Shown here: one piece after another, positions 54,731 through 64,000 of the stretch
How positions within the stretch are numbered: position 1 is the first letter of the stretch
Layout of the letters: each line of letters begins with the position of its first letter
DNA from: Methanomassiliicoccales archaeon
GTDB taxonomy: Archaea; Thermoplasmatota; Thermoplasmata; Methanomassiliicoccales; UBA472
Assembly (NCBI GenBank): GCA_028682895.1
Contig: JAJRAK010000029.1
Coordinates: forward strand, 7,156-71,155
DNA: 64,000 nucleotides
Direction of reading: 5' to 3'
Made by a program: the position numbers and the translations under genes
Notes under the pieces: generated by a model
The model's database searches: none
What the model saw: the letters and a program-made list of their open reading frames with translations, nothing else
What the model was told of the DNA's origin: nothing

Positions 54731-57253
54731 ATGAAGAGGCTGGTCATCTCAGAGAAGTCCAACGCCGCGGCGCGCGTGGCCACCATCCTTTCGGACGGTA
54801 GCTCCAAACGTAAGAGCGTTCAGGGAGTTCAGGTCTTTAATTTTGAGAAGGACGGGGACGAGTATTTCGTCGTCGGCCTGAGGGGTCACATCATCGAGCT
54901 GGACTATCCACCGGAGTTCAATGACTGGTCAAAAGTGGACCCGGCCGAGCTGGTCAAAACGAGCCCGGCCAAGCGGGTCACCGCGCTCAACATATTGAAC
55001 ACGTTGAGCGAACTGGCGAGAGATTGCGACGAGGCCATAATCGCCACCGACTTTGACCGCGAAGGAGAACTTATCGGTCTGGAGACCGTCACATTGATGG
55101 AGCGTCAGCCTCGTTCCATCAAGAGGGCGCGCTTCAGCGCCTTGACCAAGTACGAGATCGAGAGGGCGTTCAAGGAGCTCACCGATCCAGACCATCGCCT
55201 GGCCGAATCTGCCGAGACAAGACAGGTGATCGACCTGGCCTGGGGGGCGGTGCTAACTAGGTTCATCTCATTGGCCAGCGGGCAGATGGGCAACAACTTC
55301 CTCTCCGTGGGAAGGGTGCAGAGTCCTACGCTGACATTGATCGTCGATAGGCATCGGGAGATCACCGATTTCGTTCCTGAGCCGTACTGGACCGTATCGG
55401 CAAAGATGGAGAAGGACCAGGAGTTCTTCGGTGGCCATAAGTCAAATCCGTTCAAGGACGAGAATCTTGCCGAGCAGTCGCGCAAGAACGCCGATTGCGG
55501 GACCGGTAAAGTGGTCTCATTGGAGAAGAAGGAGAAGGACGAGTACCCGCCCGCGCCTTTCAACACCACCTCGATGCTGAGCGAGGCCAACAAGATGGGG
55601 CTCTCACCGTCCATGGCCATGAAGGTGGCCGAGGACCTGTACACTGCCGGTTACATATCATACCCCAGGACGGACAATACCGTATACCCCCGTTCCCTGG
55701 GCCTGAAGAACATCCTGGAGAAGCTGAAGAAGTCCGACCTGGGAAAGGAGGCGGAGGAGATACTGGCACAGGAGCACATACGGCCTTCCCGCGGCCGGGT
55801 GGAGACCACCGACCATCCGCCTATCTATCCCACCGAGGCGGCCACCAGCAAGGAGCTGAAAGGCGCCAAGTGGACCATCTACGAGCTGGTGACCAGGAGA
55901 TTCCTGGCCACGTTGGCACCATCGGCCCGTTCCGAATCGACCAAGTGCGAGCTGGACCTGGGCGGGGAACCGTTCCAGGCGGACGGATACCGTCTGCTCT
56001 CGCTGGGATGGAGGAAGTACTATCCGTACTGGAAGGTCACCGAGACGTTCCTTCCGGAGATGAAGCAGGGCGACGAGGTGGCGCTGAAGGAGGTCCTCTG
56101 TGACCGTAAGGAAACGAGGCCGCCGAACCGCTTCTCCCAGGGTACGCTGCTTCAGGAGATGGAGAAGCTCGGTCTTGGAACGAAATCCACCAGGCATGAC
56201 ATCATCCAGAAGCTCTATGACCGCAAGTACGTCAACGGCAACGACCTGATCCCGACATTGAGCGGTGTGGCCGTGGTGAGCGCATTGGAGAAGCACGCCA
56301 AGATCGTCACCGAGAGCCGCATGACCGCTCAGCTGGAAAAGGACATGGACCTCATAGCCAACGGCGAGTCCACCTTGGCCGATGTGGTCGAGGAGTCGCA
56401 GGCCATGCTCTCCGACATCGTAGCCGTGATGACCAAGAACAAGGAGGTCATCGGCAATGAGATCCGCTCCGCGATGCTGGAACAGCGCTTTATCGGCACC
56501 TGCCCCAAGTGTGGCAAGGACCTGCATATCGTTCGCTCCCGCAAAGGCAGTGAGTTCATCGGTTGCTCCGGCTACCCGGAGTGCAACGTCACCTTCCCGA
56601 AACCAGGCGGAGCGCTCGTTCAGCCTACGGAGGAGAAGTGCGCCGAGTGCCAGCTTCCCATGGTCAAGGTCATCAGGCGCGGTTCGCCGGTGAAGGTCCA
56701 ATGCATCGATCCCGATTGCAAGAGCAACCAGGGCAAGGAGAGCGTAGGCGACTGCCCGGTGTGCGGAAAGGAACTGCGCATCCTATACTCGAGGGCGGGC
56801 AAGCGCTTCATCGGCTGCTCCGGCTATCCGGAATGCAAGCGGACGTATCCGCTGCCGCAATATGGCATGCTGGAGTTCCTGGGATTGAAATGCCCGGAAT
56901 GCGGCGCGCCGGTGCTGAGGGTCAAAGGAAGGGGCGGATGGCAGTTCTGCGCCAACATGGAGTGCCCCACCAGCAAGAAGGCCAAGAAGAAGGACGAGAG
57001 AGGCGAGGAGAAGCCAGCGCCTAAGAAGACCGTCAAGAGGACCGCCGTAAAGAAGACCGCCAAGACCGAGGACGGCACCGAGAGCGGTAAGGTGAAAAAG
57101 GCGACCAAAAAGACCGTCAAGAAGACCGAAACGGCCGATGATGGCGCGGCTAAGAAAAATGTCAAGAAGACCGCGAAGGCAACGACGGCCAAGAAGCCAA
57201 CGGTAAAGAGAACGGTCAAGAAGGCGACGGAGAAGGTCAGCCCAAGCGAATGA
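54731..57253 (+). CDS. topA: DNA topoisomerase I (type IA) with four C-terminal zinc ribbons and a Lys-rich tail
   Basis: Toprim start LVISEKSNAA, active-site region GYISYPRTD, four CxxC...CxxC ribbons, and a tail rich in KKT[AV]KKT. Confidence 0.92.
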   Translation: MKRLVISEKSNAAARVATILSDGSSKRKSVQGVQVFNFEKDGDEYFVVGLRGHIIELDYPPEFNDWSKVDPAELVKTSPAKRVTALNILNTLSELARDCDEAIIATDFDREGELIGLETVTLMERQPRSIKRARFSALTKYEIERAFKELTDPDHRLAESAETRQVIDLAWGAVLTRFISLASGQMGNNFLSVGRVQSPTLTLIVDRHREITDFVPEPYWTVSAKMEKDQEFFGGHKSNPFKDENLAEQSRKNADCGTGKVVSLEKKEKDEYPPAPFNTTSMLSEANKMGLSPSMAMKVAEDLYTAGYISYPRTDNTVYPRSLGLKNILEKLKKSDLGKEAEEILAQEHIRPSRGRVETTDHPPIYPTEAATSKELKGAKWTIYELVTRRFLATLAPSARSESTKCELDLGGEPFQADGYRLLSLGWRKYYPYWKVTETFLPEMKQGDEVALKEVLCDRKETRPPNRFSQGTLLQEMEKLGLGTKSTRHDIIQKLYDRKYVNGNDLIPTLSGVAVVSALEKHAKIVTESRMTAQLEKDMDLIANGESTLADVVEESQAMLSDIVAVMTKNKEVIGNEIRSAMLEQRFIGTCPKCGKDLHIVRSRKGSEFIGCSGYPECNVTFPKPGGALVQPTEEKCAECQLPMVKVIRRGSPVKVQCIDPDCKSNQGKESVGDCPVCGKELRILYSRAGKRFIGCSGYPECKRTYPLPQYGMLEFLGLKCPECGAPVLRVKGRGGWQFCANMECPTSKKAKKKDERGEEKPAPKKTVKRTAVKKTAKTEDGTESGKVKKATKKTVKKTETADDGAAKKNVKKTAKATTAKKPTVKRTVKKATEKVSPSE

Positions 57254-57650
57254 GCTCCTTCTCCTCGACCTCGAGGTCCTCGATGACTATGGACGTGGAG
57301 CCGACGAAGCAATGCTTGCTGCACTCGGCCACGATGCTCATCAGGTCTCTCTTCTTCAGACCGTATTGCAGGACGTTGACTATTATGTCCACGCTCTTCA
57401 ACGGCGTTTCGAACCGACCGCGGCAACGGACATGGGCGTCGTGGTCTGTGACGCTGCATGCTATCAGCGTATCATCGTTCCCGACCACGCTCTTGATGTG
57501 ACCGATGAGCCTCGTTCCCGCCTCCAGACAGTCCATGGCCACACCGCTCATGAACGATTCCAGCATGTCCTGCATGGCGTTCGGTGCCATCTGCTCCGGG
57601 AACGTTATGCGGACGCGGGCGGCGTAGGCGGCGAAGTCCTCGGTGATCAT
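57237..57650 (-). CDS. Hypothetical protein, 137 aa, ATGA-coupled to the CobW-like GTPase
   Basis: Its start overlaps the upstream stop (57647-57650). Its 3' end overlaps the convergent topA by 17 nt. Confidence 0.55.
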   Translation of the reverse strand: MITEDFAAYAARVRITFPEQMAPNAMQDMLESFMSGVAMDCLEAGTRLIGHIKSVVGNDDTLIACSVTDHDAHVRCRGRFETPLKSVDIIVNVLQYGLKKRDLMSIVAECSKHCFVGSTSIVIEDLEVEEKELIRLG

Positions 57651-58246
57651 TGCCCCACCAGTGTCTCGACGAATTTGTCCACGTTCGTTCCGTTCACCGA
57701 GGAGACCGGTATGATAGGTTTGTCACCGACGAACGGCCTGGCGTACTCTTCCATCATCCTTAACCTCGTCTCGTCCACCTCGTCGGACTTGGTGAGAAGA
57801 AGTATGTCGGCCACGCGCAGCTGCAAGTGCAAGGGGTTCTTCATGGCCTGGATCAGTATAGGGAAGCGGACCGCATCCAGGACAACGACGGTCTTGATGC
57901 TGCCGAGCGGCGGTCCGCGGTAATGCTCCATCGTGGCCAGTATGGAATCGGGATCTGCTATTCCGGACGGTTCCACGACTATCAGGTCCGGATTCATCTT
58001 ATCATGTATCATGCGCACCGTCTCCAGGAAGTTCGGTCCCAGCGTGCAGCAGATGCAGCCGCGGGGAAGCTCCTGGACCTTCAGCCCGTACTTCTCCATG
58101 ACCTTTCCATCGATGCCTATGTTGCCGAAATCGTTGACGATGATGGCGATCCTCTTCCCGGCCCGCTCGGAGATGCGCCCGATGCTGTTCAAGATCAGAG
58201 TCGTCTTTCCGCTTCCCAGGAAGCCCGCGATGATGACCATGTCCAT
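57647..58246 (-). CDS. G3E-family (CobW/HypB/UreG-like) P-loop GTPase, short form lacking a CobW C-terminal domain
   Basis: GFLGSGKTTL Walker A, GCICCT metal-binding motif, VVEPSGIADP, LLTKSD. Confidence 0.85.
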   Translation of the reverse strand: MDMVIIAGFLGSGKTTLILNSIGRISERAGKRIAIIVNDFGNIGIDGKVMEKYGLKVQELPRGCICCTLGPNFLETVRMIHDKMNPDLIVVEPSGIADPDSILATMEHYRGPPLGSIKTVVVLDAVRFPILIQAMKNPLHLQLRVADILLLTKSDEVDETRLRMMEEYARPFVGDKPIIPVSSVNGTNVDKFVETLVGQ

Positions 58247-58327
58247 ATTATCGTCCCTGCCTGGAGAATTTAATCCAGCGTTGAATATTTGAACATTGCC
58301 GAAAAAATGTAAGGTGACGGAGGGGGT

Positions 58328-58654
58328 TCAATCCCCCTCGCGATCGTTATATTCGTTGTCCAGGTCCGCGTGCTCCATCGCCACACGGCGGTTCCGGCAA
58401 TGACGGCACTCCACCGGTTTTCCCATCTGGCGGCGCCTGTTCACCGCGCTCTGGTCCAATCGGACCAATGAACCGCATGCACAAAGGACCGTGGCCCCGC
58501 GCCACTCGCCGAACAAGGACCTAGACCCAGCACTCTTTTCGGTATGGATGTCGTAGGGCAAGGCCATCCCGACCCTTCCCCTGATATCCAGGCGAGGTTC
58601 CAAGACCTCCCCGCCGAAATTGAGCGTAGCTTGCGCTATATTCTCGTTTCGCAC
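58328..58654 (-). CDS. Hypothetical protein, 108 aa
   Basis: ORF only. It has CAC...CRHC cysteines and no recognisable family. Confidence 0.35.
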   Translation of the reverse strand: MRNENIAQATLNFGGEVLEPRLDIRGRVGMALPYDIHTEKSAGSRSLFGEWRGATVLCACGSLVRLDQSAVNRRRQMGKPVECRHCRNRRVAMEHADLDNEYNDREGD

Positions 58655-58938
58655 TAAACCCCCTCTTATTCAGAAGATGCTGTCCCCTAAACCAGCAGCC
58701 CACAAGTTACTGGACGGAAGACTCGACCCCACGCAATATTCTGAACGAAAACGCCATAGAGTTGCTACCATTTTAAAGATTTCCTTAACGTCATAAAGCG
58801 GTTTTTTATGTTATCCAGTACGATAAAGTGCATTCTGATTTTTCATATAAGAACGATATCGGTTTCTACATAAAAAATTACGAGCTACTGAACAATCCGT
58901 TGACCTTGGTCCGGGGACCGATGCCGCCAGGACCGTGG

Positions 58939-59397
58939 TCAATCGTCCTTGACCGTGGCGAAGCAGGTGCAGGTGAGCGTTCGTCCCACACCATCCATCT
59001 GTCGTATCTTGTCAATGACCAGATCGCCGATGCGCTCCATGGACTCGCCGCGGACCTTCAGCAGGATGTCGTGCTCCCCGGATATCAGGTGCACCTCGTG
59101 CACGCCGTCCAGCTTGCTGATGCGGTCTGCCAGCTCGCGCTGGGAAAGATTATTGTTGGATAGGAACGACACCAGGATGAAGGCGGTCACCGGCTCTCCT
59201 AACTTACCGAAGTCCGGCACGACGGTGAAGCCCTTGATGATGCCCTTTTCGGTCATGCGCCTGATGCGCTCATGCACCGTCGCCCTTGGTATGTTCAGGT
59301 CCTTGGCGATGGACTTGGTGCTGCGCCTGGAGTCCCTCTCCAGCTCCCTCAGGATGGACCGGTCCTTCTCGTCGAGCATGCTAAGAGCTAACGACAA
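58939..59397 (-). CDS. Lrp/AsnC family transcriptional regulator
   Basis: LDEKDRSILRELERDSRRSTKSIAKDLNIPRATVHERIRRM HTH plus the C-terminal RAM domain. Confidence 0.9.
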   Translation of the reverse strand: MSLALSMLDEKDRSILRELERDSRRSTKSIAKDLNIPRATVHERIRRMTEKGIIKGFTVVPDFGKLGEPVTAFILVSFLSNNNLSQRELADRISKLDGVHEVHLISGEHDILLKVRGESMERIGDLVIDKIRQMDGVGRTLTCTCFATVKDD

Positions 59398-59407
59398 ACC
59401 ATATAAT

Positions 59408-59845
59408 TTATTTTATGCCTGGAATTATTGGTTCCACGGAGACCTTGATATCTATTCCTTCCTTCACGGCGGCGCTGACCGTACAGAAGTCCTGGAATAG
59501 GGGGATGCACCGCTCCAGTTTCGCCGGCTCGTCCACCTCGGGATTTATGACAACGTCGATCCCGGTGACGCGCAATCGCCCCGCCTCATTGCGTCCGAGC
59601 GTGGTATGGACCGTGGCCTTGATGGATATCGGTTCGGAATGGGCCCTGCGCAGGCAGAAGGCCAGCGAGGCGCAAAGGCAGTTGCCGATGGCCGCGGACA
59701 GGTATCGCACGGCGTTGGGGTACTTGCCTTCCCCCAGAGGCTGAGGTTCATCAGACCTTATCTCGGGCATTCCCTCATCGTCGAAGGATATGAGGAACTG
59801 GTAGTTCTGCATCATCTCCAGTTCGGTCAGGAACTCCTCTTGCAT
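59408..59845 (-). CDS. OsmC family peroxiredoxin-like protein
   Basis: The size and the paired Cys regions (GNCLCASLAFCL ... FCTVS) fit OsmC/Ohr. Confidence 0.75.
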   Translation of the reverse strand: MQEEFLTELEMMQNYQFLISFDDEGMPEIRSDEPQPLGEGKYPNAVRYLSAAIGNCLCASLAFCLRRAHSEPISIKATVHTTLGRNEAGRLRVTGIDVVINPEVDEPAKLERCIPLFQDFCTVSAAVKEGIDIKVSVEPIIPGIK

Positions 59846-59854
59846 CTCAGCACC

Positions 59855-61039
59855 TCAGATGGACATTCCCTTCAATTGCTGCAGCACCCTTTCCCGGATA
59901 TGATCCGCCCGCTCCTCGGGAACGAGGCGTCTTCCCTTCTCCAGCACCTTGACCTCGGCCCATCTCATCTCCTTGCCGCAGGAACATCGAGGAGGAGCGT
60001 TGCGGTCCAACGTCACTTCGTACTCCAGGCAATCGGGGCATCTGAAGACGTACTTGCGTCCGGCGAACTTCCCCCTCTTGGCGATCGGCATCCCGTCCTT
60101 CTCCACGATGTCCATGGCGAAGTCGACGGTGGGGGCGTTGCTTATCGAAGTACCTACGCCGAAGCCGTTGGCACCGGCAGCGGCCAGCTCCTTGACCTTG
60201 AACTCGTCCAGTCCACCGGTGACGAACACTCCCACCTCGGGATGTCCGTGCAGGTCCAGCTCCCAGCGCACCTCGCGCACGATATCGGCCATGTTGCCAC
60301 GGCGAGAACCAGGCGTGTCCAGACGGACAGCTTGCAGCCCGGGCATCTCCTCCACGGCCATCATGGCCTCGACCTTCTCATCATAGAACGTATCGACCAG
60401 AGCGACCCTGGCCACGCTAGGGTCCATGGTCTCGCCGTAAGCGCGGAACGCGGCGCGCTGGTCGCCCATCATGATCACCAGGGAATGCGGCATGGTGCCG
60501 CTTGCCTTCGTCCCGACCACCTCCGCCCCCTTGAGGGATGAGACACCGTCGCATCCTCCGATGAAGGAGGAACGATCGATAACAGGCGCCATCGCCGGAT
60601 GCATGCGCCTCACTCCGAAGGAGAGCACCGAGCGTCCGTCGGCAGCCAGCTTGCAGCGTGCGGATTTCGTCGCCACTCCGGAAGCATAGCAGATGAAGCC
60701 AAGGGCGGGCGCCTCGAACGAGCAATATTGGCCGTAAGGCCCTTCGATGCGGGCCACCGGCAGCTTTATCCCCTTCTTGGTCCGGGCGGTGAATACCGAT
60801 CCTTCGGGAAGGGCGTAGAGGTCCACGTCCTTTCCCTCGAACATGCGGACCATCTCCTCCGTGCCGCAGAGAACGGCCCAGGGCCAGCTTTCTGGCAGTG
60901 AGGCGACCGTGAACTCCGCTAACGTATGGACGCCCAGCAGTCCCCGGGAGCCGAGGATCTCCTCGGTCCTCTGAAAATAAACGTCGGTCGTCAACCCTCT
61001 CTGGATGTCCTCGTCGTTGGCTGTGAAGAATTTCCCCAT
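59855..61039 (-). CDS. Nicotinate phosphoribosyltransferase (archaeal type)
   Basis: TDVYFQRT N-terminus, GTMPHS, RLDTPGSRRG, GFGVGT blocks and a C-terminal Cys4 ribbon. Confidence 0.85.
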   Translation of the reverse strand: MGKFFTANDEDIQRGLTTDVYFQRTEEILGSRGLLGVHTLAEFTVASLPESWPWAVLCGTEEMVRMFEGKDVDLYALPEGSVFTARTKKGIKLPVARIEGPYGQYCSFEAPALGFICYASGVATKSARCKLAADGRSVLSFGVRRMHPAMAPVIDRSSFIGGCDGVSSLKGAEVVGTKASGTMPHSLVIMMGDQRAAFRAYGETMDPSVARVALVDTFYDEKVEAMMAVEEMPGLQAVRLDTPGSRRGNMADIVREVRWELDLHGHPEVGVFVTGGLDEFKVKELAAAGANGFGVGTSISNAPTVDFAMDIVEKDGMPIAKRGKFAGRKYVFRCPDCLEYEVTLDRNAPPRCSCGKEMRWAEVKVLEKGRRLVPEERADHIRERVLQQLKGMSI

Positions 61040-61099
61040 GCGATCCCCTAGCTGGGGGACTAACCGCTTACGCGATTATCAATCTTCTTCACTGACCGT

Positions 61100-62371
61100 T
61101 CAAAGGAAAGCGCCCCGGCCCATGAACTTGGCCCGGGAGCCCAGCTCCTCCTCGATGCGCAGCAGGCGGTTGTACTTGGCGGTGCGCTCCGTCCTGGTCG
61201 GCGCCCCGCTCTTGATCTGCCCGCATTCCAAGGCCACGGCGATATCGGCCATCGTCGTGTCCTCGGACTCTCCGGAGCGGTGGCTGACCATCACGTTGTA
61301 GCCATGGCCGAAGCATATCTCCGCCGCCTCCATCGCCTCGGATATCGTACCGATCTGGTTGACCTTGAGCAGCATGGCGTTGCCGGCGCCCATCTCGATC
61401 CCCTTGCGCAGTCGAACGGGATTGGTGACGAAGATGTCGTCGCCCACCAGCTGCAGCTTGCTTCCCACTTTTTTCGTCAGCTCGGCCATGACCTCGAACG
61501 ATTCTTCCTCGACCGGGTCCTCCAAGCTTATGAGCGGATATTCCTTGCTGAGAGCGACGTAGAAGTCGACGATCTCGCCTGGCGACATCTTCTTCCCGTC
61601 CAGCTCGTACACGCCGTCCTTATGGAACTCGCTGGCGGCGGCGTCCATGGCCAAGCATACCTCTTTCCCGGGGGCGTACCCGGCCCCTTCGATAGCTTTT
61701 AAAAGGACGTCCATGGCCTGGCGGCTGGTGTCGAACGGAGGGGCGAACCCGCCCTCGTCACCGACGTTGATGGCCAACGGCCCCTTCTCCTTCTTCAATA
61801 CCTGTTTCAATGAGTGGTAGACCTCGGTCCCGGCGCGCAATGCCTCGGTGAAGTTCGGCATGCCGCAGGGAACGATCATGAACTCCTGGATCCTGAGGTT
61901 GCTTCCGGCGTGCTTACCGCCGTTGATGACGTTCATGCATGGAACGGGCAACACCCTGCTGCCGCTGGCCAGGTGCTCGTATAGCTCCACGCCCTTCAGT
62001 ATCGCACCGGCCTTGGCCGCCGCGTACGATACGGCCGTGGTGGCGTTCCCCCCTAGGCGGGCCATGTTGTCCGTGCCGTCCAGCTCCTTCATGGCAGCGT
62101 CGATGGCCTTCAGGTCTGTGACGTCCATGCCCTTCAGCTTGGGGGAGATCAGCTCCCTGACGTTCCCGACGGCCTTGAGCACGCCCTTGCCTAAGTACCT
62201 AGGACCGCCGTCCCTGAGCTCGAGCGCCTCGAAGGTGCCAGTGGAAGCTCCGGACGGTGCGATCGCCGTCACACAGACGGCCTCGGTCTCGACCTGGGCC
62301 TCGACCGTGGGATTGCCGCGAGAATCCAGGACCTCTCTGCTCCATACTCTGGTAATGCTAAGTTCGGACAT
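61100..62371 (-). CDS. eno: Enolase
   Basis: SRGNPTVE, SGASTG, EDP, LLLKVNQIGT-like (MLLKVNQIGT) and SHRSGE signatures. Confidence 0.95.
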   Translation of the reverse strand: MSELSITRVWSREVLDSRGNPTVEAQVETEAVCVTAIAPSGASTGTFEALELRDGGPRYLGKGVLKAVGNVRELISPKLKGMDVTDLKAIDAAMKELDGTDNMARLGGNATTAVSYAAAKAGAILKGVELYEHLASGSRVLPVPCMNVINGGKHAGSNLRIQEFMIVPCGMPNFTEALRAGTEVYHSLKQVLKKEKGPLAINVGDEGGFAPPFDTSRQAMDVLLKAIEGAGYAPGKEVCLAMDAAASEFHKDGVYELDGKKMSPGEIVDFYVALSKEYPLISLEDPVEEESFEVMAELTKKVGSKLQLVGDDIFVTNPVRLRKGIEMGAGNAMLLKVNQIGTISEAMEAAEICFGHGYNVMVSHRSGESEDTTMADIAVALECGQIKSGAPTRTERTAKYNRLLRIEEELGSRAKFMGRGAFL

Positions 62372-62392
62372 GCTTCACTACTCTCCAGAAGT

Positions 62393-63367
62393 TCATTGGT
62401 GGGAAGGCTGGTTCCCCTCGATTATCTCCATGTTACGCTCCAGCAGGGCCAGTTCCCTGACCTCTAAAGTGCGCGGGTCCACGGACAGAATTAGGCGGGA
62501 CCGGTTCTCCATGACCGCCTCGGTGATATGATGCAGCATCCTGAGCACCTTGTCAAAGTCGTTGTTGACTATGAGGAACTCTATGCCGTCGATGAGGATG
62601 ACGCCGTCCCCGCTCTTCTCCACGAAGCGGACGATGGTGTCGCTGAGTATTCCGATGTTGGATGGGTTCACGTAGACCTTGCCCAATTGATTGCTCAACC
62701 AGATTATCGGGGTCTTCTCAAGCCCCCATTCCTTCCTGATGATAGTGGGGTGCTGACGCGTGACGCAGAGCCCCTGGATGTTATGGGTCACCTGGTCTTG
62801 GAATATCTCGAACGCCTTCTGCGGCTTGGTCTCCTTGACCAGATAGGCGAAGCCACGGCGGAGCTCATAGACCTTGGCGCTGGCGATGGGCGCCTCCATG
62901 CCCCCATCATGCTGAGGAGGCTCTTCCTTCTTGCGCAGCATGGAGAAGAAGCTCTTCTTTGGCAGTTCCTTCTCCACCTTCGGTTCCTCGACGACATTGG
63001 GCTGGTCCTGCAGCACCTCCTTGAGGCGTGCGCCCAGCTCGTCGTTGTTGAACGGTTTGCGGATATAACCGGATACGACGTCCTGAAGGCCGAATATGTC
63101 AGTGCCTATCTCGGTCGTCGCGGTGAGCATCATTATCTTGGTATTGTCGGCAAGCCCTCGCTCCTTGAGGGTCCTGAGGACCGTCCATCCATCCATGTCG
63201 GGCATGTTGATGTCCAGCAGCACCAGGTCGGGGCTCTCGCTGGCTACCATGTCCAGGCATTCCTTTCCACCGGTGGCGGTGATCGGCAGATAACCAGCCG
63301 CAGAGATGAGCTCTGAGACCACCTCAAGGATCGCGGCATTGTCATCTACGACCAATATCTTCTTGAT
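62393..63367 (-). CDS. Response regulator receiver + DUF835 domain protein (start codon unresolved)
   Basis: Receiver KKILVVDDN...LVLLDINMPDMDG...MLTA...YIRKPF, then a DUF835-like C-terminus (VILIDGIEFLIVNNDF...). The only upstream ATG (63541) lies inside rpl40e. Candidate starts are ATC 63367 (GGGGGT 6 nt upstream) or TTG 63355. Confidence 0.7.
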   Translation of the reverse strand: MKKILVVDDNAAILEVVSELISAAGYLPITATGGKECLDMVASESPDLVLLDINMPDMDGWTVLRTLKERGLADNTKIMMLTATTEIGTDIFGLQDVVSGYIRKPFNNDELGARLKEVLQDQPNVVEEPKVEKELPKKSFFSMLRKKEEPPQHDGGMEAPIASAKVYELRRGFAYLVKETKPQKAFEIFQDQVTHNIQGLCVTRQHPTIIRKEWGLEKTPIIWLSNQLGKVYVNPSNIGILSDTIVRFVEKSGDGVILIDGIEFLIVNNDFDKVLRMLHHITEAVMENRSRLILSVDPRTLEVRELALLERNMEIIEGNQPSHQ

Positions 63368-63480
63368 AGAGATACCCCCGATACAATCGGACGAATGGTC
63401 ATGGGTGAATCGAATTATTAAATCTCTCCCACGAATATCGATACGAAGAAGTAACGGATGGAAATGGTTTGGTGTTAGGT

Positions 63481-63630
63481 TTACGCCTTGCGGCTCTCTT
63501 TCGCCTTCAGGCGCAACGAGGTGTAACCGCACTTGCGGCACCTGGTGGCCTTTACGGCATTACGGGCATAGCAACTAAGGCATATCTTTTTGTTAAGCAG
63601 CCTTTCGTCAGCTTCCTTGAAACGTGCCAT
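63481..63630 (-). CDS. rpl40e: 50S ribosomal protein L40e (49 aa; below the ORF-track length cutoff)
   Basis: Manual translation gives [49 protein letters not shown], with the L40e C4 zinc ribbon. GGAGG lies 5-9 nt upstream of the ATG, and TTTTTATATT (63661-63670, minus strand) lies further upstream. Confidence 0.85.
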   Translation of the reverse strand: MARFKEADERLLNKKICLSCYARNAVKATRCRKCGYTSLRLKAKESRKA

Positions 63631-63682
63631 ATGACTCCTCCCGCCTTGAAATATGGAGCCAATATAAAAACATTGGCAAGCC

Positions 63683-64000
63683 CTAGTCCTTGCCTACCAT
63701 CGCCAAGTAGGCCAATAACGCCTCGAGCTGGATGCGCTCGTTGCTCCCCTCCACCAGACGGAACTCTATCTCTCCGGTCCGGTCGATGAGGGCGATCTTG
63801 TCCCTGTCGGATATGTCAAGGTCGTAGAAGGAACGGTGTATCTGCTTGACGATGTCCTCGCCGCTGAGACCATACGTTATCATCATCTCGTCCAGCTTTG
63901 CCCGGGCACCGACGAAGTCACCGGAGAGGGCGGTGTTCACCATGTCCACGATCTCGTCAGGTCGGGCGTTCCCGGTGGCCTGATAGACCACGTCGACGGT
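63683..64000 (-). CDS. rfcS: Replication factor C small subunit, C-terminal fragment (5' end beyond the window)
   Basis: The ORF is open to the window edge. [14 protein letters not shown]...AL.GDF..AR..L..MM...GLSGEDI..QIHR matches the RFC small-subunit C-terminal helical domain. Confidence 0.8.
   Translation of the reverse strand, partial: TVDVVYQATGNARPDEIVDMVNTALSGDFVGARAKLDEMMITYGLSGEDIVKQIHRSFYDLDISDRDKIALIDRTGEIEFRLVEGSNERIQLEALLAYLAMVGKD

Noticed and set aside
62393-63541. The full 382-aa ORF as the receiver-DUF835 gene.
   Set aside because: Its first ~20 codons overlap the rpl40e coding sequence on the same strand. The next ~35 codons are featureless and contain a TATA-like box, so a downstream non-ATG start is more plausible, though unproven.

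Overview
This looks like a compact archaeal chromosomal segment that is GC-rich by eye. Archaeal markers include ribosomal protein L40e, the RFC small subunit, TrmB and Lrp regulators and a DUF835 response regulator. TATA-like boxes sit about 25-30 nt upstream of many start codons. The gene content (HypA/HypD, NikR, giant adhesin-like proteins) suggests a Thermoplasmatota or Methanomassiliicoccales-like euryarchaeon, but that is inference only. I can support about 60 genes.

Housekeeping genes: gdhA (3' end), msrB, corA, a PiT phosphate transporter with its DUF47 partner, a two-domain PPK2, a DEAD-box helicase, hypA-hypD, nth, folC, nikR, topA, a CobW-like GTPase, NAPRT, eno, rpl40e and RFC-S (3' end).

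Signalling genes: two tandem 7TM sensor kinases, and a Cache-HAMP kinase followed by three receiver proteins.

There are also two ABC-2 exporter loci and two giant surface proteins of 1993 and 2370 aa. I saw no rRNA, tRNA, CRISPR array, transposase or integrase.

The most interesting regions are:
1. A five-gene cluster at 15.95-21.1 kb built around two divergent paralogous P-loop GTPases, one canonical and one with degenerate catalytic motifs. It also contains an ATGA-coupled unknown partner, a triple zinc-ribbon protein and an orphan 432-aa protein. I cannot assign it to any characterised system.
2. A roughly 1.5 kb strongly AT-rich cassette at about 37.3-38.85 kb. It supplies the polytopic C-terminus of the 2370-aa protein plus an abutting small membrane-protein gene. 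It is bracketed by a decayed ~260-bp direct repeat of the giant gene, which suggests recombinational C-terminal module replacement.

Smaller observations: a sensor-kinase paralog whose phospho-acceptor His is Tyr, a shared TATA box plus palindromic operator at the trmB divergent promoter, an unlisted rpl40e gene, and an in-frame TAG between two receiver genes.
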